15,778 bases of DNA from Planctomycetales bacterium (GTDB taxonomy: Bacteria > 4484-113), in NCBI GenBank assembly GCA_037445915.1, contig JBBIJQ010000045.1, positions 1-15,778 on the forward strand, read 5' to 3'. A program made the position numbers and the translations under genes. The notes below the pieces were generated by a model. The model was not told where the DNA came from. It ran no database searches and worked only from the letters and a program-made list of their open reading frames with translations. Positions 14,249-15,778 of this stretch are shown here, in pieces. The first letter of the stretch is position 1, and the number at the start of each line of letters is the position of its first letter.

Positions 14249-15748
14249 ATGAGCAGCAACCCCGACAACCCTAACGCCGAGACAACCAAGAAGGTCGCAG
14301 TCTCCAACGCCGATAAAGTCGGCCCTGACGGCCTTACTAACCGCGAGCGCCTGAAGATAAAGCGGCATGACATGCCAGAGCAGCCGCCCTCCGAGCGCAT
14401 CCGCAACTTCAACTCAGTGGTTCTCGGCTACACGCCGGAAATTGCATATGCCGAAGCTCAGCGGTGCTTGGACTGCCCGGTGCCCAAGTGCATTGACGGC
14501 TGCCCGGCGGAGATTGACATTCCCGGCTTCATCAAAGAGATACTCAAGGGCGACCTTGAAGAGTCATACCGCATCTTGAAAGTTTCCAACGCGCTGCCCG
14601 CAGTCTGCGGTCGCGTGTGCCCGCAGGAATCGCAGTGCGAAAAGACCTGCTTGCTTGCGAAGAAAGGCCCGGTCGCCATCGGGCGCTTGGAGCAATACGT
14701 CGCCGAATACATACTTGACCAGCACATAAAGAATCCGCCGCCGGTTGAGCGCATGACTCCCACCAAGGAAAAGGTCGCAGTGGTCGGCGCAGGCCCCGCG
14801 GGAATCACAACCGCGATGGACTTGATGCGCATGGGCTACGACGTGACCATCTTTGAAGCGCTGCACAAGCCGGGCGGAGTGTTGAACTACGGCATCCCGC
14901 CGTTCCGCCTGCCGCGCCGCATTCTGAACGCGGAATTGGACAGCATCGGGCAGATGGGCGTGCCGGTTTACGTAAACCGCGTTTTCGGCAAGACCATCAC
15001 CTATGAAGAGCTAATGGAAGACGGCTACAAGGCAGTGTTCCTCGGCACCGGCGCAGGCCTGCCCTCGTTCATGGGCATACCAGGCGAGAACGCCAACGGC
15101 GTCTATTCATCAAACGAATATCTTACGCGCGTGAACCTCATGGAAGCGTGGGACTTCCCCAACGCCGACACTCCCGTCTTCGTGGGCAAGACGGTCGTCA
15201 CCGTCGGCGCGGGCAACACCGCGATGGACTCCGCGCGCGTATCATTGCGCATGCCCGGCGTGGAGAAAAGCTACATCGTTTACCGCCGTTCCCGCGACGA
15301 AGCCCCTGCGCGCCACGAAGAGCTGGAGCACGCGGAACAGGAAGGCGTCATCTTCCAGTTCCTCACGCAGCCGGTTGAAGTCCTGCGCGACGAGAATAAC
15401 TGGGTCAAGGGGATGAAATGCCTGCGCATGGAGCTTGGCGAGCCCGACGAGAGCGGCCGCCGCAGGCCCGTGCCCGTGCCGGACAGCGAGTTCGTGATTG
15501 ACTGCCAGACCATCCTGGTCGCCATCGGCCAGCGCCCCAACCCCATCGCCATGAACAGCATCAAGGGCTTGGAGATATCGCGGTGGGGAACCATCGTCGT
15601 CAACGAGCAGACGATGATGACGACCGTGCCGGGAGTATTCGCGGGAGGTGACGCCACCGTAGGCGCGTCAACAGTGATTATGGCCGTCGGCCAGGGCAAG
15701 ATTGCCGCGCGCGCCATTGACGCTTATCTCGCGGGGATGAGGAAATAG
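14249..15748 (+). CDS. nfnB: NfnB/SudA-type large subunit (GltD-like flavo-iron-sulfur protein)
   Basis: EAQRCLDC..CIDGCP, VCGRVCPQESQCE, IGRLE, VGAGPAG, YGIPPFRLP, GAGNTAMD, YRRS, GVFAGGD. Directly downstream of nfnA, with no gltB large subunit in the window. Confidence 0.9.
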   Translation: MSSNPDNPNAETTKKVAVSNADKVGPDGLTNRERLKIKRHDMPEQPPSERIRNFNSVVLGYTPEIAYAEAQRCLDCPVPKCIDGCPAEIDIPGFIKEILKGDLEESYRILKVSNALPAVCGRVCPQESQCEKTCLLAKKGPVAIGRLEQYVAEYILDQHIKNPPPVERMTPTKEKVAVVGAGPAGITTAMDLMRMGYDVTIFEALHKPGGVLNYGIPPFRLPRRILNAELDSIGQMGVPVYVNRVFGKTITYEELMEDGYKAVFLGTGAGLPSFMGIPGENANGVYSSNEYLTRVNLMEAWDFPNADTPVFVGKTVVTVGAGNTAMDSARVSLRMPGVEKSYIVYRRSRDEAPARHEELEHAEQEGVIFQFLTQPVEVLRDENNWVKGMKCLRMELGEPDESGRRRPVPVPDSEFVIDCQTILVAIGQRPNPIAMNSIKGLEISRWGTIVVNEQTMMTTVPGVFAGGDATVGASTVIMAVGQGKIAARAIDAYLAGMRK

Positions 15749-15778
15749 GGAGACGGGCCTAGACAACAAGCTTAATCT

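Overview
A GC-rich bacterial chromosomal window using the standard genetic code. The left ~3.3 kb is accessory or decaying DNA around an intact trxB. It holds a prepilin N-terminus fused in frame to an amber-interrupted comM/yifB 3' remnant that the ORF track misses, a reversed hicB-hicA toxin-antitoxin pair, a lower-GC NYN (LabA/DUF88) nuclease gene, and a Ni/Co-transporter-like pseudogene. The NYN gene shares an overlapping bidirectional promoter with a divergent, ~60-nt, strongly structured putative small RNA. The rest is mostly housekeeping: a secreted 696-aa DxxGxDxY-repeat protein, a ThiD2-ThiE fusion, a divergent AroE, a CofE-like protein, a cytochrome c synthase fused in the unusual CcsA-then-CcsB order, a polyprenyl synthase, RsmB, and an NfnAB-type electron-bifurcating transhydrogenase pair. 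Many genes have TGnTAnnAT extended -10 boxes, several 6-8 nt before a GTG start, implying leaderless mRNAs and correcting several ORF-track starts. The best candidates for undescribed biology are the NYN nuclease plus divergent structured RNA module and the permuted CcsA-CcsB fusion. All family calls come from motif recognition by eye; no searches were run.
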